From contig OZ316895.1 of assembly GCA_973895155.1 (NCBI GenBank), positions 23,510,558-23,574,557 of the forward strand: a DNA stretch of 64,000 nt. The letters are read 5' to 3'. A model generated the notes under the pieces. The model was not told where the DNA came from and did no database searches. It saw only the letters and a program-made list of their open reading frames with translations. Shown piece after piece: positions 29,952 to 43,800 of the stretch (its first letter is position 1; every line of letters starts with the position of its first letter). The DNA comes from Marsupella aquatica (Eukaryota > Plantae > Marchantiophyta). The position numbers and the translations under genes were made by a program.

Positions 29952-32361
29952 GCCGCAACTCTGGTGATCTGCTCTGGAAGTATGTTCTAGAGATGATTAT
30001 TTAAATTTTTATTTCTTAGGGGGGATTTATGCACTGAAGCTCACATGAACCCAACTTTTGACAAAATGCCGGTGGACCGGCTCCACCCAGATAGACTGCA
30101 GACCAATTTTGGTACCCATATAGCACTTTTTCTTTGTAAGAAAATCCATAGTTTTCTGGTCAGCAGTAATCTGGTCCATCTGGGTTCCAAAGGTTCATAG
30201 GAGGGGTCGATCGGAGCACTACCCCGAGCATTACTTGGGGGGTTTCTTCTTTGTGTTTCCCATAATGGCTTTCTTTGTTTCCATTTTCTTTTCTCTTTTT
30301 TGTCTACCAAGCTGCAACAGTACCCCCTAATAGACTCACAGCCTTGGCACTAGGCCTTTGTAAAATGTTTCTATATGCCAAGGATTTTGAACTCTTGACC
30401 TCCCACGTCCAGTTAAAGCCTTTCAACCATTGTGCTAGGGACCAAAAACTTTGGTCCAAAATGGGATGACGTAAGATCAGTTTCTGGTGTAAAAACATCT
30501 CCACTGATTTGAAGGCCGATGCTCCCCAAACAACAGAAACACTTGTCCATTTAATGGCATTGTCATGGCAATGTTGCTATTGACAATCCACAATTCTTCT
30601 AAAAATCCCTTCAACTGACCTCCATTCCTCAAACTGTGTGTTTGTACCTTCAATTGTATGATACAAATGGATCTGATTGAGCCTTTCTGCCATTGTTGAA
30701 AATGGAGTTCTGAAGAGCAGAATATTTAGAGATAAATTACCAGTGGGGAGGGAAATTATCTGCAAATCCCCCATAAACACACAAGGTGGTTATGAAGACT
30801 CAGATGGAAGCAATCAAACCACAGTGTAACTAAACTGGAGTTCTTAAAACTTCATTCAGTTGCCTCTTTTGGGCCCTTGTTTTGTAGTCCCAGATGAACT
30901 TCACAGCATGGAAATTCAGGAAACACACTACAGCATGACTGGCATCTCATGTTCCTTTGGAATCTTTCCTCATTAATAGATTTAAGATAAAATATTTTTT
31001 TGCTTTAAAGCGATGTAACCTTGCCTGAAGAACAAGGTGATGTAGTGCCAAAGGACATTAACGCCATAAGGGGAGACCAGGTCCCCAAGGCAAAGCAATC
31101 CAATGAAGGGAGGGAAAAGGCCCCAAGAAGACCAAAGAGGTGACACACCAAATCTTGTCAAACAAGTACATTTGAGTTGAAGTTGAGGTTCCATTAATCT
31201 ATTTGTTAAGCCACCATAATTCCCATAGACAACAATGTTTGATAAGATTCTTGAGGATAACAGGGCCACTAAAATCTGCATGAAGCCTTTGGGACAAAAC
31301 CAAGATTTGTATGAATGCTCATACTTATGGGTGTGAAAGATTGTTCTGGCCAGTTAGTGTCCTGAAGTCAAACATGATGGTCCATTTGAGCATCAACTTC
31401 ACTTTTTTGAAAGTTCCACAAATAAGGCAGTGTCTCAAGGCATAGCTCCAATTGGCACAGAGGTTGGCACAATCACAAAGAGGAGAGGAATTGGCCGGGA
31501 TGGTGACCAGTTTCTCTTTCCTGCTAGTAAACACTTTGAATATACAATGTAAATTGATAATTTTCACTACAAAGAAAAGGAAGCAACAACCAAAAGACCG
31601 TGGAGGGATAAAACCAATAGAGTTGGTACAGAAGTTGGCCTTCAAAACACAATTGAAACCATCTGCAAGCATTCCTGTCTCATCTTGGAGTGGAAGGCTA
31701 TCTTAGCACTATAATATGCAGTCTGGCTCTTTCTTTCTCATGGTCTGTTTATGAAATGTCATTATTTTGGTGTAAAGCCTCCATACCCATAAGATTCTAG
31801 TGACTTTTTTTTTCCCTACCCAGGCAATGGACCCTAAAGTTGCCACTGGCTGTGCACCTCTGCCTCACCAAACATGTCACTCTCCCCTTAGCTCTCACAC
31901 TCCTTGAACTCCACGTTGTCATGCTACCTGACCATCTCATTTATGCTCAACACACTGCTCAACATCACTTCTTATTGACAATAGTATGCCAAGGCAGGAC
32001 ATGGGGCTAGTTGACAATAAAGTCAATGATTGCTGACTTGTGATGCAGGCAAGGCTAGTGGAAAAATCTCTTCACAAGACAAAAAGTGAAAATCTAAAGT
32101 TCTGTTGGCTTGGAATAAAGCAAATGGTCAAGGTAGATAAAGAATTTGCTTGATTGTCCCATGGGATACTCCATAGTTGCAGGCATAGTTGAAAACATTG
32201 GAACCTGGCCTGATGACCCCAAATGTCAGTTGCATGGCTTGCAAACACAAATAACTTTGAGGTCTCACTTCTGTGAAAATGGCACATTTAGTGCACCAAA
32301 ACATAGGGTAACATTATAGGCTTTTAATTCCAACTTTCAGACTTAAGTTATTAGGGGTTTG

Positions 32362-32701
32362 TGTTGAGCATAGACAACATTCACAATGACATGCCCATAA
32401 TCATCCCACGAACAAGCAATCGACACATGGAGAGAGATACGTGCGTGGTTCACCTCAACTGAGACTACGGCCATGGGAACACACAAGAGCTTTACTACAC
32501 TCTAGGCCCGTCGGTCATATTGAGTCCCCGCAATACAAACTCTCCCTATCTCTCAATTAGCTCTATAACAATGAGCTTGTGTTCCTCCTATTCACTCAGA
32601 CACTGCTTGTGTATATAGTGTGCAGCACAACTAACCTAACCAACTTTGCGACTAAGGTTAGCCTAACTAAGGATGCACTCATAACTCTGACCTAACTTAC
32701 A
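32362..32701. mobile_element. Solo LTR (340 bp), probably Copia-type
   Basis: TG...CA termini with a 5-bp TSD GTTTG (32357-32361 and 32702-32706). Internal CGTGGTTCACC...CTACG motif is reminiscent of plant Copia LTRs. Confidence 0.72.
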
Positions 32702-35673
32702 GTTTGAGCATTCAAAACGCTGCACGGGACGGGGGCTCCATATAGTGCCACCCCCAAGGCCTAGAAAAAATTGTATGGCTTCAAGTGGAGGGAATTAAGG
32801 GGGCTACAGTTTGCTGCCCAACTGGCCCAGTTTTAGATTCATGGTCTGTTTTAGGATTTATATTCAAATTGCACTTTGCAACCTTACTATGCAGTTCCTC
32901 TACTAGACATTTCAATTTGTTGCTGAGTTAGTAGAACTTTAGTTCTTTGGCCATTTGTACTGTTGGGGCTATTTTGGCTCTTTGGTTTTCTTCGGATTTT
33001 CCTATGGATTCCCCCATTTGTTTGTTTGGTTTTTGTCCTATTTGGATTGTTTCCATCGTTAGTGGGTTCTTACTTGGGGTTCCTTTCTCCCAGTATGACC
33101 CATTTGGTTGTTTCTTTTGTACTCTTATATATTCCATAGTTTCAACCCAACCAGCCTGAAAAATCTTACATCTTTATCACGTGGCTTCCAACGCATCTGT
33201 AAGTAATTGAAGGTTTATTAAATTATTCGTTTTGCTCTCTTTTCCTGGTAATTAAAACAGGGTTAAATGTTCCCTCACCAAACCCTATCCTGTTGCACAA
33301 CACCCACGCCACTCAGCTCCTGCCACCTGCTGGGGCATGTATCATCCTTACAAAAAAAAGGAGGAAATCCAGCAACACAACAAAAGGCAATCATGAGGTT
33401 AAGGGGAGATCGAATGAGGAGGGGCCTTTGGGCTAGATTTTATTTACTGGAGGTTTTCTATTGACTCTTAGACTAGATTTTTTAGTATCCTTTCTTGCCC
33501 ATCTGATTCATGGCAGTAGTTTATCAGTTATATTGCATTATTTATGGAGCTGCATGGAAAGTGAGGTACTTAGCAGTGGGGGCCCCATTGGCCAGGGCCC
33601 ACTCCTCTCTGCATACTCATGAGGGCTAAGCAATCAGGAAAAGCGAAGGCCAAGTCAAAATCTGATCCTTGCATGTGGGTCCCATATTTTGAATCTTGCT
33701 TTTTCATTCTACTGTATGACATATCCTATGACTGTAGATATAATTGTTTTTGAATTTTGGGGATTAACAAGATTTTTATCTCCATTTCTTGAGCATGGTA
33801 CAGCCTAATTTTGAAGGTTTTTCCATTTTGCCAGTGTGGCGAATGTCACCTTGCGAGAAGGAGAAGATGCCAGGAATATTCCTTATCTACTTTACTACAT
33901 TAATCTCTGGAGATGTTACGATGACCCTTAGATTCTGGCTATTGGGGTCATAGCTACAGTAGGTGGGAATCTGGCTAATGGAACATAGAAAACCTACACT
34001 AGTGAAGTACGGCCAAAGTGGTCAGGGCTTCTTAGTCAATTGTTAGCACTAAAAAAAACATGCTTGGCACCTCCTTGGAACCATGCAGTCCAACTGCACA
34101 GTTTTATGGAATGAGGGTGACCAAGGATTGCGCTTTTGACGACAGTGATATAAATAGATTAAACTCTCGATGTTGCATGGATTCTATGTGGAAGGCTAAC
34201 CCGTACCCATAGAAAAATGAAAAAATATGCATGCAGTTCAATTCCCACCACACGTATAAATCTCATGTGAAGATATGCTCTATACAATATGATTGTGTAA
34301 GGTAACGCGTGGCCTTGAGATTACAAAGGAAAAAACATACAGTAGGGGTTTATTTCTATAGGAATCCAATGGTGACGACCAGTGTTCCCGTTCTGTGCAA
34401 ATATTTAGCACTTTTGCTCCGGGGTGAAGGGGCTTGCAAATAATACAATGAGGGATTTAAACTGTTTTAGTAACTTATCTGCAATATCAACTGTCTGGAT
34501 CTGACTGTACATAGATATGATGGTCATAATGTGACCATACAAGTCCAATATGCAGTTTTATCTAAGTGACAATTTCTTAACTGGCTATAAGTAGCACCTG
34601 CCTAAAAACAAACGGAAACACTGGTGAGGACCCAGGTTTTGACTATCATTGTACAATGAATCTTGACACAAATATAGATCATTGTTATCTAAACTACTAG
34701 AATAACTCAGACCTCCATGTCTATTACTCCTCTAAATGTGACGATTGACAAACACATTTCAAAATGAGCATGATGGTTTACATATCCTTTGTTTACCATT
34801 TGATGTGGAAAAAGAGTCTGGCATACTCAGGACTGCCTGCCACCCCAATATCTCCCTTTTCCTCCCTATCATTGCAGTGCAGACATGACTGTCGGGCTGA
34901 CCTGGATACACAAAATGTCCAGCCACCGCACCAATTTCCACTACAACACTATGCACCTCTTTTGCGAACCACCACCCTTCGCATCATACAAAGGAAACAA
35001 AATCCGAAATACCCAATTTGCGAACTTACTCGCATCGCAACGTCTTCGCTACTTCCCATCTCAAATTCTTCGCAAATGGCCCTTCGCAACTACTTCGCAA
35101 CTTGCGATTCTAAATACGTCGCAACATCTCCGCAACGTTGCGACGGCACTGTCCTTGCAAATATTGAGAAACGACAAATTTCATTATTTTGCGAGAACAA
35201 ATGAATCGCTCGCGTTGCGATAACATTTACATCGCAATTTCCGATGTTAAATTTCTCTATAACTTGCGATGCAAACAAACTCGTAAGATTGCGAGAAGCG
35301 GATGACCGCTTTGTTGCGAAGGCATTTAACTCGCAAACGTGTGGAGAGGAAGTCTTCGCTAGGGTTGTGATTTAGACAACATCGCAAGTGTTGCGATGCG
35401 TTTCTCCTCGGAATGGTTGCGATACGTTCACCGTGGCTCTTTGAGATGGGGGTTGGTTCTCAAAAGCTTCGCAAAATGTATATTTCATGGGTTTTTGTGT
35501 ATTTGGGTTAGGGTGAGGGTGAGGGAGACCATTCATGGGTTTTGAAGCAGGGAGGAAAGTGATGTTGACCCAGTCTGCCGCAATTAAAATGGCATTACTG
35601 AAAAAGTACAAAAGTTACAAAATGGAAGGGTAAAAACCCTTAGGTAAAGTGCCACGGCCATGCATGCTGATCG

Positions 35674-37825
35674 CTATACATGTGAACTCGATGTAAGTGC
35701 TCTAGCTACAACTTGTCTACATCGAGCTAGAAAGGAGTGTTCCTGCCCCTCCTTGCCTTCTTCCCCTTGGCCTTCTCCTTGCCCTTGTGTGCTCTTGGGG
35801 GGGGGGGGGGGTGCAACCTGGACTTCCTCCTCCTCTTGGTCACCCTCGGGGTCACCCTCATCCTCATCCTCATCCCCACCTCCACCGCCCTGGCTTGCCG
35901 CGCTACCACCCCCAGCACCACTGGAACGTGCTGATGCAAATGACTGGTCTCCAGTGCTAGTTGGCCTGGCTTGAGTAGCAGGAGCTGTGCTCCCCTCCCC
36001 TGTCCCCTCCACATCCTCATCACTACTATCGGTGCCACCCTCGGTATGGGAGTCACCATCCTCCCCTCCCTGCTTCCATTAGCAAACTAGGGTGTCTGTT
36101 AGTCTCATATTCTTTACAAGTGTGAACAAAAGAGATATTCATTCAAAATTGCAATGAATGTAATAACCTAAAAATTCTCACCAATAATTCATCAACTTGC
36201 TGAAAGAGATGCTCCTTCCCATGTTTCTGGCCCACCTCCATCTCAGCCGCCGTAATCTTCCTCTTGTACCTCTTGTACTAAGCCAAAACAAAACCAGCAC
36301 AATTGGGTTAACACCAACCCATAACCCGATTCACATGGCTTCTAAAAATTAGGGGGTTTGTTGGGGCTGGTGGGGTGGTGCATCAAGGTTTTGGGGTTAT
36401 GGAGGGTGGCATATATGGGGAAGACCCTCAAAGAACACTTAAACGATCGGAAAATTTAAAAATTCAAATTTTTGAAATTTTGCGAAGGCGCCAGCTTCGC
36501 AATCATAAGGACAATTACGTTTGCGAAGCTGGTTGCGATGCCAATGTCTTCGCAACGCCTTCGCAAACGTAAGCAAAAAAAGGGCATAATAAGGTTTGCG
36601 AAGGATTTGCGAAGCTACCCGCATCGCAAATGTATCGCAAACTCTGTCATGGCAAAAACCCGAGAGGGAAGCAACTGTACGTGACCTAATCTGACACAAC
36701 AAGTCTAATTGTAACTACTTGGTGGAAATGCAAGAAAGAGTTGGCTCATTGCAGGTGTGTTGGAATAGGAATTGGAGTAGCAAGAAGTCAAGGGAGGAGA
36801 GGGAGGTGCACTCACGAATGTTGCTTTGAGGCCGGGGAGGCCACCTTGACCCAGCCTGTGGGTGATGTTGGGCTTGTCTCGGACTCGCTCAGCTGCCTTC
36901 AGGAACTTGTTGGGTGGATCGCCTACTTCTGCTACAACCTGCTAGAGCTGGGCTACCTTCTGCTCCATCACCTTCAGGTCCCGGTCAGACTTCCCGGCCT
37001 CCTTTGCCCTTCGAGCCTTTGCCAGCTTCTCTGTGAAATCATTGAGGAGCCTGGCTGCTTTCAACTTCACCTCTGTCTGGTAGAAGGCCTGCCAGATATC
37101 TTCTGAGAATTGCAGCGGCCTCTGCAAATTCCTATACTCCTCCAAATCTCTAAGGTGAGACCTGATCTTCATTCTATCATGGTATCTAGCTTGTGACATG
37201 GAGTTTGAAATTTTGTCAGCAAGCCACTGTGAATCCATCTCTCCTCCATTTCGAAATGCATCTTTCACCTGATTGATGACTCACTTCTGCTCTGCCTTTG
37301 AGCGAGTGCCCCACTCGACTCCTCTTGCAAAATTTGTGGATACAATGTGCCTGATTGTGCTCTTGGCCCCATTGTAAGCAAGCTCGGTGGGAATCCCCTC
37401 ATCCTCTAAAGTAATCAGAGGCAGCTTCCTCCTTGCTGCCTCCTTCTTTCTTTGCTCCTCCCTCTGTTTCCTGATCAGGTCTCTCTCATCTTTCCTCCTC
37501 TTCTTTTCCAATGCTTGAGGCGAGAGCACTCCAGCCTGAGCTCTCTCGTCCCTCTTTCGCTTCCTCTCAGCAGCCGCCTGCTCTACTGCCTTCCTTGCAT
37601 CCTCCTCCACTGCTGCTTGCCCTGCAATGAGACCTGCTTGCAAGGCTTGGCCCAGAAGGGCACTCAATGATGCCAGCCCTGCTGGACTGGTGAAATCAAT
37701 TTGACTCAATTGTGCAACCGAAAAATGCTCATCCACAATCGCCTTCAATCGATCCCCCCCCCTCGGTTGCCTCCGCTGCTGCCAGAAGCTCCTCCATCAC
37801 CACCAGTCCCCTCTTCGCTCGCCAT
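35674..37825 (-). pseudogene. CACTA second gene (TnpA/ORF2-like); exons 36816-37825, 36182-36277, 35674-36069
   Basis: EDIWQAFY and THRLGQGGL resemble the H-x-LG-x-GG motif of CACTA ORF2 proteins, and splice phases are consistent. Disrupted by a frameshift in a C9 run (~37755) and in-frame stops at 37281 and 36942. Confidence 0.62.
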
Positions 37826-38558
37826 CGCTCCGCCCTTGCCCTCGTTGCTCTCCTCAGGCCTGAATGAACTGAATCCGCCTTGTCCGCGCTCGGCAATCCA
37901 TAAGGATTCAAAATATTGGGCTTTGCGATTCGTTTCGCATCGCAGTTTGCGATGCATCGGCCTTCGCAAAAAGCTTCGCAAATTCTATCTTTGCAAAGTT
38001 TCAAGATTCGCAAAAGCCTTCGCTATTTGGTTTTGCCATAACCCCCGTCTCGCATGCGTATTTGATGTATTGTTAGGGATACTAAGGGGGCTTATGAACA
38101 TTAAATGGGGTAGATGTAGAGGATTATGTTGCATTTTAGTGGGATGTGATGAGATAAGGATTGGGGGGGTTAGAAAATTGAAGGAGTTATATTGCAGGGT
38201 AAGAGGAGGGGGTTTGGCCTGGTTAGGGGAGGGTTTCTTTTGTGAAGGTTGGGCTTAGATTGGCTTAGATACGAGGGGTTTTATGTTTTGGGTTTGCAGG
38301 GGGTTTTATTTATGAAGGTTGGGGTTATATGTATTGGAGGGTAAGAGCTAGGAGGGGTTTTATGTTTTGGGTTTTGGGGTTTAGGCCAACTTAGGAGGGT
38401 TTGAAAGAGAGGTTTCAGTTTTATAGTATCTTGGGTTACTTTTATGGTATCTTAGGAGGGTAACCAAGAGGGGTGGCATATAATTATGGTAGAGAGAAGC
38501 ATAGGATGGTTGAAGGGAATTGACCATTTAGGTTTTTGCTAACTTCATTGGCTTACGC

Positions 38559-39551
38559 TTTTAGAGTTCCCAAGGGTCTATGGTGGGTTTTTATTGCATG
38601 ACACTCACCTTTCACTTGAAGCGGGATGAGGTTTTGGTTTTTATGCTAACAATTGAGGGAAATCCCATGTAATCATGATCCAGTGCAGGACCATCACTGC
38701 TTCCTCAACTTTTGTCTAATGCATATGCATTGTGGGAACCCGGACATCTAAAAGGTATATTTAAACATGTATGTTAGCAGGGTTTGATAAAGAGATTGTT
38801 CATAAACCTTGCCCTTCTTTGTTGTGCAAGAATATCTATATGCACATGTTTGGGGGTCTACAACTTGAGAGAAGCTAATGGCTATCCAAACTTACTTTTT
38901 TGTTTCCAGTATTTTCCTCGTGCTTCTAGATTCAGCTCATGTTCAATGAGCCACACGACCTACAGGCACTATTGAGTCCGGATCTCATTCAGGTAATTAT
39001 TGTCCAACTTCATTCTGGGCTTAGGCCTTTAGAGTTTTCCCAGGGGTCTAGGGTGGGTTTTTATTGCATGACACTCACCTTTCACTCGAGGGGGGATAAG
39101 GGTTTAGGGTTTAGGGTTTTATGCTAACAATTGAGGGGAAAACCCATGTAATCATGATACAACGCAGGGCCAACACTACTACCTCAACTTTTGTCTAATG
39201 CATATGCATTGTGGGAACCCGGGCATCTAAAAGGTATAACATCATGTATACAGTCAATGTTGTTAGTACAGATTTTTATGCTTGCCCTTCTTTGTTGTGC
39301 CATGATATATGTGGGTAAATGTCTAAGATTCCACAACTTGACGGCTGCTAATTACCATCCAAACTTACATTTTGTTTCCAGTATTTTCCTCCTACTTCTA
39401 GATTTGGCAAATGTTCCAAAAATCACGTGACCTATAGGCACTGTTGAGCCCGGGTCTCATTCAGGTAATAATCTAACCTCACTTAGGACATAGGGTATTA
39501 CAATTTTCCCAAAGGTTATAATGTGGTTTCTTCTTGCATGACACTCACCTT
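38559..39551. repeat. ~470-bp tandem duplication (2 copies plus a partial third) between the divergent CACTA genes
   Basis: TTGCATGACACTCACCT at ~38595, ~39065 and ~39535, with matching flanks. Confidence 0.8.
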
Positions 39552-39707
39552 AATTTGGGTTTCATGCTAACAAATATAAAAGGGTAATAAAGCCCCATGT
39601 ATAAACCAACCTAATTGTTTTTTGAGTTCATTTTTTTAAAAATCGCTTTATATATGGCCTAATTTTTCCTAATCATGCCCTACATGCAATGTAATGTGGC
39701 AGTGGAT

Positions 39708-40874
39708 ATGTCCTCTTCCTCTGAACTATCCAGTAGTGAGTACTCCTCCGATGACGATATACCCCCTCCTCCTCAGCCCGAGGTTACTGGTCCTCGTGGT
39801 CCACCCCGAAGACTTTGTGACTGCACCAGATGTGTGGGCCAAATTTCTCAAAAATCTTATGTGTGTGCTCAACATATTGAGAGATATGGACGTCATAGAG
39901 GTCTTACTCCTAGGGCTTCTTCATCCCATATGGTAAGTTTGTTTCAATTGATTGCGGTTCTTTACTGTTATTTTTAGAGGTGAATCAATGTTTACACATA
40001 TGGTTTACACATTTGGTTGTTTGTGGGTGTTTGCATGGAATAGGGATCCAGTATGCGTAGATTGGTGACACCACCACCCTATGTCCCATCACAAGGAGTT
40101 TTAGATGCTATAGGCAATGCACTTTCACAAGCCTTGGGTTTGGGAATTAGTACCAGTCATGGGACAGAAGGGGAACACCCTCATGTGCCCACTGAGACAC
40201 GAAGACCCCGGTCCAGGCCCCAATCCAACAGGAGGCCACGAGCACCCAATGACCCATCCAGAACACTAGTTCAGGGTAGGTGGGGTGTTTGTTCATTCAC
40301 TGGCAAGTGTGCCTCTATCATCAAGGATTGGGAACCTATCACTCTTGGCTTGCCTTATTTTACAGATTTTGATGAGGAGATTGTGGTTTGGGGTAGACGT
40401 TGGATTGTGAAAACTTCCACACTTGGAGAGAGACATGGATATGGAGTATTTGCTTGTGAGGATATCATCATGGATGAGGAGGGTGGGTCAAGTGTTCGTG
40501 GTAGAGAGGGTCCTACTTTGTTCCCATACGGTGGACCCATCTACAAGAGAAGACATTGGAACATGATCCTTGCACAACATCCTGAGTGGAAAACATATGC
40601 TCTAGAGATGGATACTTTTGATGGTAGCACTAGAAGGTATAGTGAGCAGCGGGTGATAGATGGTGATCCCATACGTAATGGGAATATTGCTGGTTTCATA
40701 AATAGTACTGTGGGGACTCGGCCCAAGCGTAGGGCCAATTGTGAGTGGGTTTTTACTGATGGTCCAATGCCGGCACCATATGGCACGACATATCATAAGG
40801 ACCATTGCTTAGTTCTTGCTACTAGGACCATTAGAGCAGGAGATGAGTTATTCACACACTATGAGTGGGATTAG
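39708..40874 (+). CDS. SET-domain lysine methyltransferase-like protein in the CACTA element (exons 39708-39932 and 40044-40874)
   Basis: SET motifs HGYGVFACEDI, PYGG, YAL, IDGD..GNIAGFINS, NCEW, LATRTIRAGDELFTHY. Open frame with no stops and a phase-0 GT-AG intron. Confidence 0.82.
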
Positions 40875-43800
40875 GAAATCATGTCCTTTATCCTCTTGCA
40901 CCTATTTTGGACTTCCCATTTACTATTATATATATGGCCTTTGGGCTCATTTTGGAGTAATAAGGTTTTAGCCCATGCATTTACTTTAATTCTTAATGTC
41001 TTGAATGAATGGTGTTAAGTCTATTTTAATTTGTTGTACTTGGTCAAATATACATGAGGAGGTTTTTTGGTTGTAATGTGCATAGAATGCGCAACCATCT
41101 CAACAAATGTTACCACGAAGGTTGAGAGCAACATATTGGGAGATGGGTATGCCAGAAGAGGGAGAACCATCAGAGGGTGATTCCTCATCAAGTAATGATG
41201 TAGGTGGTGCTGATGAGGAAGCCGCACCTCGGACTGATGACCAGGTCATGCATGATCAAGATAGAGCCATGGATGACTTCATGGTTGATTGGTTTGGTGC
41301 CGATGTTGAGGATGATGTGCCTCACATTGGTCATGAGGTTGGCCCTTCAAATGACCCACGGCCACAACATACTCCAGAGGGACAACAACAATGGAAAGAG
41401 GCAGAGGAACATGCTCGAACACCTATTTTTGAGGGTGCTCGGTTGAGCCGTCTTTCTGCCATATTGGGGCTCTTGAACATTCAAGCCAAACACAAGACAA
41501 GCAATTCTATGTTATCAGACATATTTGAATATTGTCATGACTTGATGTTACCCTCGGAGAATGTGTTGCCAGGGACCTGGAAGGATGCAAAGAAGGTTCT
41601 CTCATCCATTGGTATGGATTACCATATTATTCATGCCTGTGTGAATGATTGCATGTTATTTCACGGGGATACAGCCCATATCACAGAATGCACAGTGTGT
41701 CATGAGCCACGGTATGAGCCAAACATGCTAACCCAGAAGGTACCAAGGAAAGCAGTTTGTTGGTTCCCCATAATTCCTCGCTTGTTGCACATGTATAGAT
41801 GTTCTTACTTGGCCGAGTTGATGGTATGGCACAAGAAACATCGTTCGGAGCCCGGTGTCATGCGATTACCAGTTGACTCTCCTGCTCATAAACATGTGGA
41901 ATCAACATGGCCAGATTTTGAGCGTGACCCTCGGCATGTGCGACTGGGGTTGGCATCAGATGGAGTTAGCCCTCATTCACTTGGAGGGAAGGGGAGACCT
42001 ACATCGGTCTGGCCTGTGGTTCTCATGAATTACAACCTTCCACCATGGTTGTCCATGAAAAAGGGTTTTTTGTTGCTATCTTTGATTATCCCAGGGCCAA
42101 AGAAGGTGAAGAACATGGACACCTATTTGACATTACTGGTTCAGGAACTCCAGAAATTATGGGAAGGAGTATGGGCATATGATGGTCGAAAGACTACAGG
42201 GGGTACCCCACGGGTTTTCAAACTCAAAGGGGTTTGTATGTGGACCATGCATGACTACCCAGGTAAGAACTTTGTTGTTTAAATGCATCATATTCTAATG
42301 CATGGTATCCCCTCATTTCCATGTGCTAATCCTAACATAATGTGTGTTTATATGACCAGGATTTGGCTTTGTGAGTGGGTTGCAAACCCAAGGCTACAAG
42401 GCTTGCTCCACTTGTGGCCCAAGCCTTGGTGATGTAGCCAAGTATTCATCACATCTTCGCAAGATTGTTTATCTTGGGCATACAAAGTTTCTTCCAATGG
42501 GACATCAGATGAGGCGTGACCCACTACTATTTTCCTCTATTGATATGCCCTTTGGTGACGAGCGTGATGTACCTGAGCCAACAACTTTTACACACTGGAA
42601 AGACATGGCTGCAAGAGTGGCAGACCCAGAGGATCCCATGCAATTTGATGGTAGTGGCTTGACAAGGTGGAGTATATTAACCACTTTGCCCTATTGGGGT
42701 GAGTTGAAGATCCGCCATCTATTAGACCCCATGCACATTGAGGGAAATGTGGGAAAGGCTTTGATAAAGGCTTTCTATGGAGAGAAAGACACTAACTTCA
42801 GGGAGGCTTGTGAGGATCTTGAGATGCATCCAGACGTGTGGGTCATAAGTGATCCTATCACAGGGATCGAGCATCGACCTTCAGCTCCATGGGTGCTTCC
42901 TATTGGCCAGAGAAGGGAGTTTCAGAATCGCATAGGAGACATGCGGTTTCCTACTGGTTATGGTGCCAATCTCCGAAAGGCCTTTGGGATGGAGGACAAT
43001 CATAAGTGGCCAAGGTATCTCAAGACACATGACTACCATAGGTTATTGCAGCACATATTGCCTGTGGCCATAATAGGTTTGGCAAGTGAAGAAGTGCAAG
43101 ATGCCCTTTGGTCATTGGGAAAACTATTGAGATGGGTATGCTCTAAGGAGATATATACTGATGAGATCCCTGGGATGGAGGTTTTGGTAGCAGAGGTGGT
43201 ATGCAAGTTGGAGAAGGCCCTTCCTCCTTCCTTTTTTGACTGTCAAGTGCATTTACTTGTTCATCTTGTTCATGAGGTGGCCATTGCAGGTCCTGTGCAT
43301 TGTCGGTGGATGTATTGGCTAGAACGATACATGGCAGTGTTAAAAGGTTATGTACGTAACCGTGCACGGGTTGAGGGAAGCATGGCTACAGGATACTTAG
43401 CAGCTGAGAGTATGTTCTATTGTAGTAACATATTGGCCACAATTGATTGTACCTCTCCCCGTACTTGGGTAGAGGAGAGGGAAGATGAAGAGGATCGTTT
43501 AACAGGTGCTAGGAAAACTCGCATGTTGACATCAGTGGAGGTGAAACAACTGACCACATTCATGTTGAGTAACAGCACTATCATGGAAGAATGGAGGGAT
43601 TTCTATGAGGATGCCAAAAGTAACAGCACAAGACCAAGGATTTTTCCAAAGTACCTTGACTATATGAAGGAGAAGTTAGTTGAGGTGGATGACATGGTGG
43701 TCAGGGGAGAGAGTGTATTACATTTTCCGGCTATCACAGATGATGTTCGTACCATTGTTCATGGTCCCTTGAGAGTGGTTACAACAAGGACAGCAATGTG

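Noticed and set aside
30000-32300. Possible decayed LINE or other retroelement
   Set aside because: The composition is suggestive, but I could not recover diagnostic RT or endonuclease motifs by eye; a translated HMM search is needed.
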